From the NCBI RefSeq assembly GCF_006345805.1, contig NC_043005.1:83018001-83082000 (forward strand): a stretch of DNA of 64,000 nt, given 5' to 3'. The DNA is from Octopus sinensis (Eukaryota). The position numbers were made by a program, and so were the translations under genes. Under the pieces are notes generated by a model that saw only the letters and a list, made by a program, of their open reading frames with translations, did no database searches and was not told where the DNA came from. Shown here piece after piece: positions 12,206-26,139 of the stretch. Every line of letters begins with the position of its first letter. Within the stretch, counting starts at the first letter, position 1.

Positions 12206-12308
12206 ATACCATTCATAATAACGTACTATGCAATTTTGAGTTAATGCGTTTTTCTCTGTTTGTATAATTGAGAATAAAAGTTGGCGTTTATCTGGTTTCA
12301 CATATCCA
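12206..12308. repeat. ~100-bp GATA-associated dispersed module (single copy)
   Basis: ACCATTCATAATAACGTACTATGCAATTTTGAG...TCTGGTTTCACATATC is near-identical to the three units at 24637-25127. Confidence 0.85.
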
Positions 12309-12544
12309 TATGACTAATCATGGTTATCGATTCAGTGAATTAATATGTGAAATTGAGAAATAATGGAAACGTGCATCGGGGGGAAATCATTCACTATCAC
12401 AGCCCGCTGACGACATGGCTCCTACATTCGTCATATGACACGATTGCAAACCGAGTTTTACACGCAAGTGCACTTCATGTGTGTGTGTGTGTGTGTGTGT
12501 GTGTTCATAATATAAATATATACATTGCATCATATTTTATATGC

Positions 12545-12599
<55 letters not shown>

Positions 12600-13956
12600 T
12601 GAGTGTATGTGTATTTTTGTGTGTGTGTGTGTATATACACACATTCATAGGCACCTGCAATATATACATATACATATATATAGCTATATGTACATCAATA
12701 TCTACCTATACAAGTGTATGTGTGTGTATGTACGTATCAATGTGTGTATATGTCTATGTAAGTAAGTATGCATGTATGTACTATTGCACTCATGCACACA
12801 GCATGCTTACTTGCTCCCCCTTGCATAACCACACTGGATATTCATTTTCACCAGATGCAGCGTTTCTCTTTTACATAATTATCAAATATTGTAATGGCAT
12901 CTTTCCGCACTTGTTAGTGTCATTGCTTCTCCTAAAGATTGTCGATACCCGCGTTGAACAAGTTCATATTTAACATGATGGTAATTTGTTTTTGTAGAAA
13001 TACACTCAGCTCTCTCACAAAAGCCAGTATGCTATGCTTTTTCATTTCTTTTTCTTTCTTTTCTAGTCTTCATGATGTTTAACATTGAACATAGCCTCAA
13101 CATAGACTGGAGGCTAATGGATGATATGTGTACAAAAGAGATTCTACATGCTTGATGGTCCGCTAAAGATAGCAGTTAAATTTCTTTCAACTGATAATCA
13201 ACTATCTGAAATGGTATATATGCTACTGTAGGCCTAGATACACTACGCCTGGAAGAAATGCATGAAGATCATGGCGGGAATGCTTTTGTCAATAAAGAAA
13301 CTTTAGCAGGGCTGAATAACCACTGCCATGAACAACAGAAATGTCTATAATTGGCAGACTGGCGTCACAGTGTAGCATCAGGTTTCCATTATATCTGTCA
13401 ATCGAAACTTTTCCTCGAATCGATAAAATAGTCCAGTATCCTTATTGAAAAAAATCTATGACAAAAAGCGTTCTAAGGGAAGACCGTCTCGTCATTTATT
13501 CAGACATAGGCTTAATCTGTGTCTACATTATTAGTAGAGTGTAACCTGATGGGGAAATGACAGCTCGAGTAATAAAGATGGAGCCAACTTAATCAACCGC
13601 ACACCTGCAGAATATTCAGTTCAAAAGATCGGCTCGTGACTCCAGAAATCATCAGATCATTTTCTAGCAGCTGTTGCTCGTTGTGGTCGCTGTTGCTGTT
13701 ATTGTCATCATTGTCATCGTCATTGGCATTTAATCTCAAATCAGTTTCGCTTCAATCGACAAACCTATCGAGGACAATATAGTCGTGATTATCCAGTCTT
13801 TTAACCCAAGGCATAGTTCGCTCAAACTACATAACACCGTACTGTAAAACGGTAGAATGTTATCGGAATAAGATTTGGCGGCTATGTTTAATAAGTTGAG
13901 GGGTCATGTAAAAGCTTTCTTTTCCTCTTGCTATGCTGGGCGTTATTATTATTGTT

Positions 13957-14945
13957 CGACTTTGCCTTTCATCCTTTTGGGGTCGATTAAATAAGCACCA
14001 GTTGAGTTCTGACGTCGATGTAATCGATTTACTTCCACCCGCAAAATGTCTGGCCTTGTATCAAAATTTGAAAATAATTATTACGATAGCAAGCTGGCAG
14101 AATCGTTAACATACCGGACAAAATGCTAAGCAACATTTCGCGCGTCCTTACGTTCCAAGTTCAAATTTTACCGAGGTCGATTTTGCCTTTCATCCTTTCG
14201 GGGTCGATAAATTAAGTACCAGTTGCATACTGAGGTCGATCTAATCGTCTAGCCCCTCCCAAAAAATTTCGGCCCTTGTACCCAGAGTAGAAAAAATTAT
14301 GAAAGTAGTGGAAGACGGCAAGCTGGCAATATCGTTAGCATGCCGTGCAAAATGCTTAGTAGCATTTCGTCCACCTTTACGTCCTGAGTTCAAATTCCGT
14401 CGAAGTGGACTTTGCCTTTCGTCCATTCGGAGTCGATAATGTAAGAATCAGTTGCGTACTGGGGTTGGGGTAACTGAATTATCCCTCCCCCAAAATTGCT
14501 GGTCATGTGACAAACTTTAAAATCTTTATTGAGGCAGTGAGCAGACAGAATCATTAACATGTTAAAATAAATGCTTTGCTGAATTTGTCCCGACTCCTTA
14601 CCTTATGAGTACAAACTCTACTAAAGTAAACTTTGACTTCATCCCTCTGGAGTCGGTAAATAAATCGAGGGAATTAACAAATATATTCCCCTTAAAATTG
14701 TTGGGCTTGTACCCAAATTAGAAACCGATATCTTAAAGGTACCGACTTCACAGAATCAGTAAAGCATCGGAGAAAATGAGTTGCGGTATTTGTTTCCTAT
14801 CTTTACCTTCTCAGTTCAGATTCCGCCGAGATCAAATTTGTTTCACATTCTTTCGGGGTTCGATAAAATGAAACATCAGTGGAATCGATGGTATTAGTAA
14901 GGACCTCCACTCAAAATAATTTGCCTTCAGCCTAATTCAAAAAAT
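13957..14945 (+). mobile_element. Head-to-tail array of about 5 copies of a ~210-bp tRNA-derived SINE
   Basis: Recurrent GCTGGCAGAATCGTTA...GAGTTCAAATT...GCCTTTCATCCTTTCGGGGTCGATAAA. Units start near 13957 (partial), 14085, 14315, 14531 and 14738. A further copy lies at 15234-15450. Confidence 0.85.
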
Positions 14946-16404
14946 TATTAATGTTATTTAGCCTCAAGTCACCCTTGATCGAACAAAATCTATAATCACC
15001 ATCGTACTATTTTCTGCAGTGCATCTAGATTTCTTTTTGTGGTGGAGTGTAATTCAATAGAAATTTGGCTGATATTTCTACCATTTAGAAAATCCTCTCA
15101 TTTTTGTCCAATGGATACCGTACTGCATGTAATAGAATTACCTAACCTAGGTGTCCCTGTGGTGAAATCGGTTTGCGCGTTCGACTGTTAAAGGAAACAA
15201 CGTAGCTCCAAGTCCACTCAGACTTTTACTTTTGAGGCGGCTAGCTGACAGAATCGTTACTACGCCGGTCAAAATGCTCGGAAGTATTTCATCCGTCTTT
15301 ACGATTTGACTTCAAATGCCGCAAGAGTCTACATTGCCATTCATCCTTTCGGAGTCGTTAAAATAAGTACCAGTTAAACAATGGGGTCGATGTAATTGAC
15401 TTAGTTCTACCCCCAAACATGCTGGGTTTGTGTCAAAATTTGAAACCAATATCACTATCTATCCCAATTTTAGAATTCCAAGCAAGGTTTTTAAATCACT
15501 CTATTAATACCCAGCCCAAACGCAATTTTCTTTATAGGCTTCTTCCTCGATTCCTTATTTTAAGGGGTTAAAACCTAGAGCGGAAAGTTAACGTGATCAG
15601 AAATCATTTATTTGACGAGGCTAAATAAGTATGCTTACGTATGACACATCTTATCCCGCGCTGTTTTATACGAAACGTATCAATATATAATATATTCTTT
15701 TCACGTATTCTTTTTATCATACATAGATTCAGTCACTACACTGTTAAATGTGGAGCACTATCCATTCATATGTGATTATTTTTATTAACTTTTCTGCTGA
15801 AATGTTAGGATTTACAGCCGACAGCTAGAAGGAAAACCAAGTAATGTAAAACATAAATATCCGGCTAAAGCTAAAAAGCATAACGAAACGCCGGAGGTGG
15901 ATTTTAACTCTCGCTCTCAAAACAGGTTTTCCACTAGATTCTTTGCTCAACTATTTCGAATTGGTGATCTAGAGCCGTTACAGAAATAAACTTCATTTAT
16001 TTGTATATTTTTTCCCCTCTTTTCCTCCTTTTTTTCTGTTGGTTTGCTGTTATTGCGTAGTTTTCCTTACACTACTGAGTACAACTGCATGCACCTTTAG
16101 CATTTTCTTTTAGTTCTTTCAGTCATTGTATGAAGCCTTTCAGGGGCACCACCCTCAAACATTTAATCGAAAAACTGTCTCCACCACCAACCAATATCGC
16201 GTACTTATTTTTTTAAAGTCTGGTATTTACCCTGTTAACTTTTGCTGATGCACCAAGTGACGATTACTCGTCGTTGTCGAATAGTGTAGGGACAAAAATA
16301 CACTCATACACACAAACATATGCATGTATGTATGCATGTATGTATGTATGTATGTATGTATGTATATATCTAAATCTATATATCTATATATATATTATAT
16401 ATAT

Positions 16405-16610
16405 GAGTCAGACGCCATGATAGATCGTTAGCCACTACACACATTTTTTCTCTCCTTGTTTCTCTCCTTGTTTTTTCTGAGTCCCTTCTGTAGAAGAGCG
16501 TAGGCTCGAAATGTAAAAGACTTTTCTATTCCTGAGCGTTATACTAATACATCTGTTTGTTTTGTACACCACCTGTCTTCGTCTTTTGTTTTTTCGTAAA
16601 CTCTCCCTAT
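16405..16610 (+). mobile_element. ~200-bp (TA)n-embedded element with a degenerate hammerhead motif (Penelope-like terminus)
   Basis: CTGTAGA-AGAGC-GTAG-GCTC-GAAATGTA at 16488-16514. A homologous inverted copy lies at 56433-56642. Confidence 0.65.
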
Positions 16611-16625
16611 ACATACATATATATA

Positions 16626-16658
<33 letters not shown>

Positions 16659-17130
16659 AATATATATATATATGTGGTGTGTTATGAGAATTTATGGGAA
16701 CGTATCCCATAGAATTAAAATCTTCTTTTTATATTTCAACATCTCTTCTCCTCCATTTTTTAACATACTTGTTGAGTTTCTATGGGATAATTTCCATACA
16801 TTCTCATAACACACCATATACATGAAATAATTATTACATTTATTCGTAACAATCTTACGCCATCAGCATCAGCAAAAATATGAAGAATCTTTGTTAAAAA
16901 TCGCCCTCTGGAACCCTCCAAGGTAAAGGATGAATTAAAATTCTACCTCTCTCCACACACACACACTCACATACACACACGCACACACACACACCACACA
17001 CACACAACACACACACACACACATATATATAATATATATATATATAACAAAAGAGTGGTGGTGTTTCCACGCACGAAAAAATATAGGAATATGTGTTGTT
17101 GAGGTAGGTGCATTTTTAACAACACATTTT

Positions 17131-17174
<44 letters not shown>

Positions 17175-17749
17175 TAAGGGTAGAAATCAATATTTATCAA
17201 TTAAAACCAGTGGTCTAACATATTAAAAAATCCGAAGATTAAATATTTATTATACCAATTAAGGACTGAACACGAAAAAGTGTTCAGTCCTTAATTGGTA
17301 TATATATATATATATATATATACAAAGAGAGACAGAGAGGCAGAGAGCTTCCGATTGTGCCACCTCACCGCCTAAATCACTATTGCTGTTGTAACTATAT
17401 ATAACAAGTAAGGTGGCGAGATACGTAGAATCAAAAGCACGAAAAGATGTAAACAAACTAGAAGAGTTTTGAGTCATGCAACCCACAGAACATCTACTAA
17501 TAAAGTGACTCTTGTTGGAAACGATCCTGCACAGAACACCAAAGCCCCCAACCCCCGTTTTCCATGACCTTTTCCGTTCAAAATAGTTATACTAAACGTT
17601 GTTTCCCTAATTGTTGTAAGTAATCTGATTTCAGAAATATTTGGCTACTATTCTTAACAAGTCGATCGAATGTGTATAAGTTGTTTCCTCTTTGGTTCGT
17701 ATAACTTCAGATTATTTTGCCTGTCGTTCTAATGATTCCTTTATCCTCT

Positions 17750-18125
17750 ACTTTATATTGGCTTCAAATTTTGGCACAAGTCCAGTAATCTCGGGGCCCC
17801 AGTGCTCAACTGCGTCTTATTTTATCGACCCGGAAGGCATGAAAAGCAAAGTCGACTGCGACGGAATTTGAACTAAGAACGTAAAGACAGACGAAATGCG
17901 GCAAAGCATTTTGCCAGGCATGCTTACGATTCATTTCTACTCTAAGAACAAGGCCCGAAATTTTAGATCGACCCCGGTACGCAACTGGTACTCAATTTAT
18001 CGATCCTCGAAAGGATGACAGGCAAATTCGATCTCGGGGGAATTTGAACTCAGAGCATAGGACAGATGAAATGCCGCGGAGCATTTTGCCCGGCATGCCT
18101 ACGATTCTAACAACTCCCCACCTTC
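17750..18125 (-). mobile_element. Two tandem copies of the ~210-bp SINE (duplicated at ~19290-19660)
   Basis: Reverse complement of the SINE: ATTTATCGA...GAAAGGATGA...GAATTTGAACTCAG. Confidence 0.8.
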
Positions 18126-18249
18126 ACCACTGTCTTATGTTGGCATTAATAATTTTGTTGTTGCTGTTCTTATTTCTTCTGTATTTTAACTCCCTAGATC
18201 AGCTCTGAGGCAACAAACTTATAATCAAAATGTATCATGAGTCATTATA

Positions 18250-18413
18250 TAGGCATAGGTTTGGCTGCGTGGCAAGAATTTTGCTTCCCAACCACTTAGA
18301 TCCGGGTTCCGTTTACTGCGTAGTATCTTCGACAAGTGTATCCTATCATAGCTCCGCGCCAACCAAAACATTCAGAATTAATTAGGTAGACCTTATCTGA
18401 AAGAAGCTCGTTG
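18250..18413 (+). mobile_element. tRNA-derived SINE, second family (CORE-like; duplicated at ~19787-19950)
   Basis: TGGCTGCGTGGCAAGAATTTTGCTTCCCAACCAC...GGGTTC head, same family as 26140-26455. Confidence 0.7.
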
Positions 18414-18460
18414 TATGTATGTATGTATGTATGTATGTATGTATATATATATATACATAT

Positions 18461-18528
<68 letters not shown>

Positions 18529-18557
18529 CAAAATAAGCAACAGGATATCATGAGGTG

Positions 18558-18649
18558 ATACAGTACGACTGTTTCAAGCGGCTGCATTCATTTAAATGAA
18601 CAATGCAATCATTACATCACTTTAAATGCAGGGATATCTTCAGCTGCAT
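18558..18649 (-). ncRNA. Hammerhead-like motif with long stem II in a (TA)n-embedded inverted-repeat element (copy at 20093-20184)
   Basis: Minus strand reads ATGCAG-CTGAAGA-[hairpin CTGCATT...AATGCAG]-GAAAC-agtc-GTA-CTGTAT. Stem I pairs, but the base of stem II pairs poorly. Confidence 0.55.
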
Positions 18650-19995
18650 AAATAAATAAAATATAGAATTTATTTAATCAGTCGTACCGCATCACCTCTG
18701 GATATCCTGTTGCTTAGTTTTATTTCATTCACCTTATTTGAAGTTGTACGATTAATACTGCACTAATTTATGGTGCTTCAAATTAAGTACCTAATTCATC
18801 TGAATCTCAGTCATTTTGATATATTATATATTATATATATATATATCTATATATATATACAAAGAGAGACAGAGAGGCAGAGAGCTTCCGATTGTGCCAC
18901 CTCACCGCCTAAATCAATATTGCTGTTGTAACTATATATAACAAGTAAGGTGGCGAGATACGTAGAATCAAAAGCACGAAAAGATGTAACAAACTAGAAG
19001 AGTTTTGAGTCATGCAACCCACAGAACATCTACTAATAAGTGACTCTTGTTGGAAACGATCCTGCACAGAACACCAAAGCCCCCAACCCCCCGTTTTTTC
19101 CATGACCTTTTCCGTTCAAAATAGTTATACTAACGTTGTTTCCTAATTGTTGTAAGTAATCTGATTTCAGAAATATTTGGCTACTATTCTTAACAAGTCG
19201 ATCGAATGTGTATAAGTTGTTTCCTCTTTGGTTCGTATAACTTCAGATTATTTTGCCTGTCGTTCTAATGATTCCTTTATCCTCTACTTTATATTGGCTT
19301 CAAATTTTGGCACAAGTCCAGTAATCTCGGGGCCCCAGTGCTCAACTGCGTCTTATTTTAATCGACCCGGAAGGCATGAAAAGCAAAGTCGACTGCGACG
19401 AGGAATTTGAACTAAGAACGTAAAGACAGACGAAATGCGGCAAAGCATTTTGCCAGGCATGCTACGATTCATTTCTACTCTAAGAACAAGGCCCGAAATT
19501 TTAGATCGACCCCGGTACGCAACTGGTATCAATTTATCGATCCTCGAAAGGATGACAGGCAAATTCGATCTCGGGGGAATTTGAACTCAGAGCATAGGAA
19601 GATGAAATGCCGCGGAGCATTTTGCCCGGCATGCTACGATTCTAACAACTCCCCACCTTCACCACTGTCTTATGTTGGCATTAATAATTTTGTTGTTGCT
19701 GTTCTTATTTCTTCTGTATTTTAACTCCCTAGATCAGCTCTGAGGCAACAAACTTATAATCAAAATGTATCATGAGTCATTATATAGGCATAGGTTTGGC
19801 TGCGTGGCAAGAATTTTGCTTCCCAACCACTTAGATCCGGGTTCCGTTTACTGCGTAGTATCTTCGACAAGTGTATCCTATCATAGCTCCGCGCCAACCA
19901 AAACATTCAGAATTAATTAGGTAGACCTTATCTGAAAGAAGCTCGTTGTATGTATGTATGTATGTATGTATGTATGTATATATATATATACATAT

Positions 19996-20063
<68 letters not shown>

Positions 20064-20401
20064 CAAAATAAGCAACAGGATATCATGAGGTGATACAGTA
20101 CGACTGTTTCAAGCGGCTGCATTCATTTAAATGAACAATGCAATCATTACATCACTTTAAATGCAGGGATATCTTCAGCTGCATAAATAAATAAAATATA
20201 GAATTTATTTAATCAGTCGTACCGCATCACCTCTGGATATCCTGTTGCTTAGTTTTATTTCATTCACCTTATTTGAAGTTGTACGATTAATACTGCACTA
20301 ATTTATGGTGCTTCAAATTAAGTACCTAATTCATCTGAATCTCAGTCATTTTGATATATTATATATTATATATATATATATCTATATATATATATATATA
20401 T

Positions 20402-20592
20402 AGTTAATCCAACATGAAAATACACACAACGCGAGGACATGGAACAAGTATAGTATTATTGGACGCTCAGGAAAGAAGAAAGAAGGAGGGTTTAACATTT
20501 CGAGCGGAGCACTTAGTCAGAACATAGGAAAAGGAAAGATCCAAAGAAGGGTAGACGGAGGAAAAAAATCCCCAACGGTATACACGCGTCAC

Positions 20593-20595
<3 letters not shown>
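20402..20595 (-). mobile_element. (TA)n-embedded Penelope-like terminus with a decayed hammerhead
   Basis: Minus strand CTGACTAAGTGCTCCGCTCGAAATGTTA at ~20492-20520. Related to 53790-53910. Confidence 0.5.
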
Positions 20596-20658
<63 letters not shown>

Positions 20659-22819
20659 AGCGTGTGTGTATGTGTGAGTTTGTGTTTGACCCGCATCATC
20701 GCTAGATAACTGGTGTTAGTGTATTTATGACACCGTAATTTAGCGGTTCTGTTAAGGACTGGTAGGATAAGTATCAGGCTTTAAAATAAGTGTACTGCGG
20801 TCGACTCTTTCGACTAAAATTCTTGAAGGCGGTGCCAATGCACCGCCGCGACCTAACCACTGAAATAAGTAAAAACTATACAACCTTGATCATCATGATA
20901 TCCGTCTTTCAAACTGGCCACCTTGTCCAACATTCTCCTTCTTTAATATTGTGCAATTCGAGGTAGTAATGGTAACATTTTCTAGCATATCAAACGTCTA
21001 CATTAAAAGGCGCTTTAATGAATGTTGCATTAATAATGCTATTTTATGTTAAAAATCAATACAAAATGACTTTTGCTGTAGAACTGGCACTTATTCTATT
21101 GACCCATGATGTATGAAAATAAATTCGACCCAGGAAACAGATTTTAAACTCAGAACGTTGTGTGACGTAATGAAATGCTTTCATGCAATTTGTTCAGCAC
21201 GCTTCCTGCTCTGCCGTCCATCGCCCTTAAATCAGTATTAATAATATACACGCAAATGTCTCTAATCGCTACACACTTTTTAAAGTTTCAAACACAACTT
21301 AATCAATGTGTCTTTCTGAAATCTTTCCATTATCTACTGTGAGAGAATTATGTCGTAATGTATTTGAACGTATTTGTAGTTTATATCCAGCGAAGGAACT
21401 GCAAATGCCATTTGTCATTTGTCATTTTTCTACTCACATAAAAGCATTCTCGAATGTTCCTGGATGTTTATTGGTTTATCACTATAATATTGATTTCGAA
21501 CATAAGGAAAAAGGCCCACAGGCATTTATATTGGATTGAAAATTGAATTGTGTGACATTCATGTCTTTCTTAATATGACTGTTTCATTGAAGGCGAAGGA
21601 TTGGCAAACTTAGGAGAGCGGTGGAGAAAATGGCTTCTGCAATACATCTACGTTCTCTTACATTCTGATTTCGATCCCACGTGAGACCGATATTGTTTTA
21701 TATCCTTCTGAAGGAATAGGGCTCACATACACGATTGCTGGCTTACTACACAACAATATGTGAACTCGTGTACATGTAAAAAAAAAAATCAATATGCTGA
21801 AAGGAATATAAATCAAGTCAGTAGATATATCAATAAATTATATTCACGTCACAAACTCAATTATCCAGTTTCAACTTTCGTTCTATAAGAAACTTGTTTC
21901 TGTATCATCTAACAGATCTAAATTATGGGGAATCAAAACTTTGGTATGGTTTCTATTACTTTTCATTGCACAAGTACTCTCCGAAAAATTATGGACATCT
22001 CAAATTCCAAGTTATCATCCTTTAAATGTATAGGCTTGCTGTATTGGTTCAAAATAAACAATACCAGTAAATTATATCTATATAGTAACTATAATATACT
22101 CAATAGGTAGGTATAATATGACTGAATGGTTAAGAAGTTCGCTTGGAAACAACGAGGTTCCATGTTTGATCCAGCAGCCTGATATCTTGGGTATTGATGT
22201 TTTGTATGGCCTTGTGTCGACTCATACCTTCTAAGTGAAATTGGGTAGGTAGAAACTATACAGACCTCTGTCAGGCAGACTGTAAATTTAATTCGAAAGA
22301 GACATCCTTGTTACAAACTATGTTACGTGGATTTTACCTGAAAATTACGTTAAAATTATGTGTCTGTGTAATAATCAACTACTAAAACATTAATTCAGGT
22401 GAAAATAAGTCACTTCATCAAATAACTAAATCCTCAATAGAAAGTGATGGAGATCCACTAATCAACTATACTCTGTAGATTTTCCTTATTACATGAGGAA
22501 AATATCAAACTTTCAAACCCACCCCCCATTATTTGCACATTTTTTATTGAATCCATAATGAACGCAAATGAAGGAGATCTCAGAGAAATTTGAAAGAGAA
22601 GTATAATGACTAAGTGTCATTGAAATATCAATGGGATGTACACATCCACACGAGCCAATGAGCGTGCTTCTCTAGAAACAGCAGCAATGTTGTTTTGAAA
22701 TCACACTTTACCATCTTAGGAATAGAAATGATATATTGAATAAGAATTCCTAAAAACGTCTAAAGAGACAAAATGTTCGTAGCTGGAATATTTAGAATAT
22801 TGGACCAGTTAGTGATCGC

Positions 22820-23132
22820 CTTTGCACCATGCAACTCAGATCTGGCATTCTTCGACTTTCATCTATACGGTCCAATGAAGGATAGTTCTCGGGTCAAATA
22901 TTTGTTATGGACATGGTGAAGCTAACTCTGAAAATGTGGGTACAAGAGTATGCAATTGAACGTTTTAGAGAGGATTGAAAGTTGGAGTCAACGATGGAGT
23001 AAAAATATCTTTTGTGGTGAAGAATATGATGAGTTGTAACTTTGAATAAAGCGTTACTCTACTAACACGTCCGATATGAATAAGCTATGCCACTTAATAA
23101 AAATGTTATTCCACTTTTGAATTACTTTCGAT
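22820..23132 (+). mobile_element. Decayed mariner transposase C-terminus and right TIR
   Basis: SDLAFFDFHLYGPMKDS resembles the mariner SPDLAPSDFHLF motif. Ends in the TIR-like ACTTTTGAATTACTTTCGATA. Confidence 0.7.
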
Positions 23133-23197
23133 ATAATACTTATGTAAACATTACTAAATCTAGCACAGGGCCATTGTAAATCCCAAATAGACTGAAT

Positions 23198-23545
23198 CGT
23201 TGTTATCGATATTAACTTGTATCCGAGTGGTTAATCTGTAGAGAGTGACTGACCCTCTTCATCTTGATGGAGGCAAAGGGTGTCGGTACCTGAGGTAGCT
23301 GTTCAGGCCAAGGACGATATAGAAGAGCCGGGGCATTATTCAGCAGGAGAGGGTTGGTGGGGAACGAGGAACTGGGAATCGTTATTTTCATCTTCGACGT
23401 CTGATCTTTGCCTCTTGTCGTCTGTTATTGTCCATCTGGACTGTTTCCTCGATGATGGCACGCAGCCACTCTGGACGATCTTTGGCGATTTTCTCCCATG
23501 TATTTGTGTCAATGGAGCAGCGGAGTAGACTGGTCTTATTGATTT
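23198..23545 (-). mobile_element. 5'-truncated RTE-like LINE 3' end with 14-bp TSD
   Basis: TSD CAAATAGACTGAAT at 23184-23197 and 23546-23559. Peptide LLRCSIDTNTWEKIAKDRPEWLRAI is typical of the RTE ORF C-terminus. Confidence 0.8.
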
Positions 23546-23739
23546 CAAATAGACTGAATATAATCCAATATATTCCTATGAATATGTTCTTCCATCTCAG
23601 ACGAGCGATGAGAAGCAATTTTAAGATATGCGAGTTGGAATACAAAAAAAATGTAAATAATCATCAGTAATTATTTCTTATATTATCAATTAGCAAAACA
23701 AATCTTAATCATGCCTAAGGTAGCATAAATAGACAGTCA

Positions 23740-23872
<133 letters not shown>

Positions 23873-24335
23873 TCTAGAAACAATAAACACTATAGTGTCC
23901 AAATATAAATGCTCTCAGGCTACTTTACAAAGCCATATTATTTTCTCGGTGACACACCTCTACTTTATTGAAGTCAATAACTCAACAATAAAATATATAA
24001 TGTGGCGTTGAAATTTCAATACTATACTAAATAGCTTATTAACAATACATCGTTTCTGCACATCGGCTAAAAGCAGCGATATTCGAAGTGAAGCAATCAG
24101 TCATATTTATCATTAAAAAAAATGTCACTTGTATAAGTTTCAAAGCTTATGATGCTGAACAGTGAAACTAGAAGCTTGTCGTCTGGGGAAATCTAATATG
24201 TAAAAACGGTAAAAAAGTTTTAATGGTATTATACATAACAATGCTACCATCTCAAAACAGTAGTAAACGTATCTAAGTGACGTTTGTGTGTGTGTGTATG
24301 TGTGTGCTTGTGTGTGTGTTTGCGTGTGTGTGTGT

Positions 24336-24376
<41 letters not shown>

Positions 24377-24473
24377 ATATGTATAGCTAGGAATGTATGT
24401 ACATAGTGTGTGTGAGAAGTGTAAGTGTTTGAATGGATGTGATGGTATGTTTTCGCATAAAAATATTTCTCTG

Positions 24474-24483
24474 AGATAGATAA

Positions 24484-24525
<42 letters not shown>

Positions 24526-24548
24526 TGATAGATAGATAGGTAGATAGG

Positions 24549-24638
<90 letters not shown>

Positions 24639-24755
24639 CCAATCATAACAACGTACTATGCAATTTTGAGTGAATGTGTTTTTCTCTGTGTGTATAATTG
24701 AGAATAAAAGTTGGCGTTTATCTGGTTTCACATATCTATATATATAGATAGATAG

Positions 24756-24803
<48 letters not shown>

Positions 24804-24934
24804 AGATAGATAGATAGATAGATAGATACCAATCATAACAACGTACTATGCAATTTTGAGTGATGTGTTTTTTTCTCTGTGTGTATAATTGAGAATAAAA
24901 GTTGGCGTTTATCTGGTTTCACATATCTATATAA

Positions 24935-25025
<91 letters not shown>

Positions 25026-25126
25026 CCAATCATAACAACGTACTATGCAATTTTGAGTGAATGTGTTTTTCTCTGTGTGTATAATTGAGAATAAAAGTTG
25101 GCGTTTATCTGGTTTCACATATCTAT

Positions 25127-25204
<78 letters not shown>
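24474..25204. repeat. Compound tandem repeat: three ~100-bp modules separated by (GATA)n, period about 190 bp
   Basis: Module at ~24637-24740, ~24827-24930 and ~25024-25127. Confidence 0.92.
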
Positions 25205-25593
25205 TTTTGTATGTGTGTATTGTGCATATGCTTGTGTATACAAGTGACTGGCGAAATAGAAAGTGATGAATGTGTGTACGAATGTATATACAATGTGAAC
25301 AAAGTGACAGATGTAAGTACGAATAAGAATATACACATACAGTTTACTGCATTTGGTGTAATATCTATAGCTAATATCTATATGCATTTATCTATGTGCA
25401 TCTCTAGTGCATATATGTATATGCAAGAGTGGGTACATATACATATATGTGTGTGTGCATTTGTATATGTGTATACATTCTGTATATATTTTATATTCTA
25501 TGCGCACACGTAATATATATACGTGTATACATATATATGTATGTGCGCGTATTTATATATGTGTGTATGTATGTATGTATGTATGTATGTATG

Positions 25594-25624
<31 letters not shown>

Positions 25625-26139
25625 GTATATATGTATGTACGTATGTATGTATGTATGTGAATACACGCATATTTATATAGTTATTTCCATAAATAAAAAC
25701 AGCTACCTGACGTGAAATATTTTAAAATATCTCAGAATATTATAATTCTAGCAGTTTTTCAAGTATTTTTTGTTTTGTTTTTCTTTTCTTTTTTTTTTAC
25801 AGTTTGAGAATATTTATCAATAATATCCAAAGAGGAAACAAATAAAGAATATTCCAACAACAAAAATTACACGAAAAGCTACAAATTGAGTAATATTATG
25901 GTTTGGAGATAAGTTAAGAAAGTTATACCGACGCTTCGGGTGGTTTTAATTTGACAATGTAGAAGAAATACGAAGGATAAAAAGTAAAGCAATCTCTGAC
26001 CGAAGGATCGGAGACACAACATGCTAAAGTATCGGACAGGAGGTGACAGGGGGAAGAAACTGTGCTTTTTTTTTTCAGCAGTAAAGAGTACACATTCTGT
26101 AAGATACAAGACAATGTGAAGTATATTTATAAATGTAAG

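Larger units (their letters stand above)
17321..20395. repeat. Tandem duplication of a ~1.54-kb unit (17321-18857; 18858-~20395)
   Basis: Near-identical sequence at an offset of about 1535-1537. The differences are mostly 1-nt indels. Confidence 0.95.

Noticed and set aside
24637-25127. Repeat-spacer pattern superficially like a CRISPR array
   Set aside because: The repeats are ~100 bp, the spacers are GATA microsatellite, there are no cas genes and the context is eukaryotic.
25802-26060. Strong acceptor-like pyrimidine tract ending TTACAG at ~25802
   Set aside because: No sustained downstream reading frame or clear donor, so an exon cannot be supported from sequence alone.
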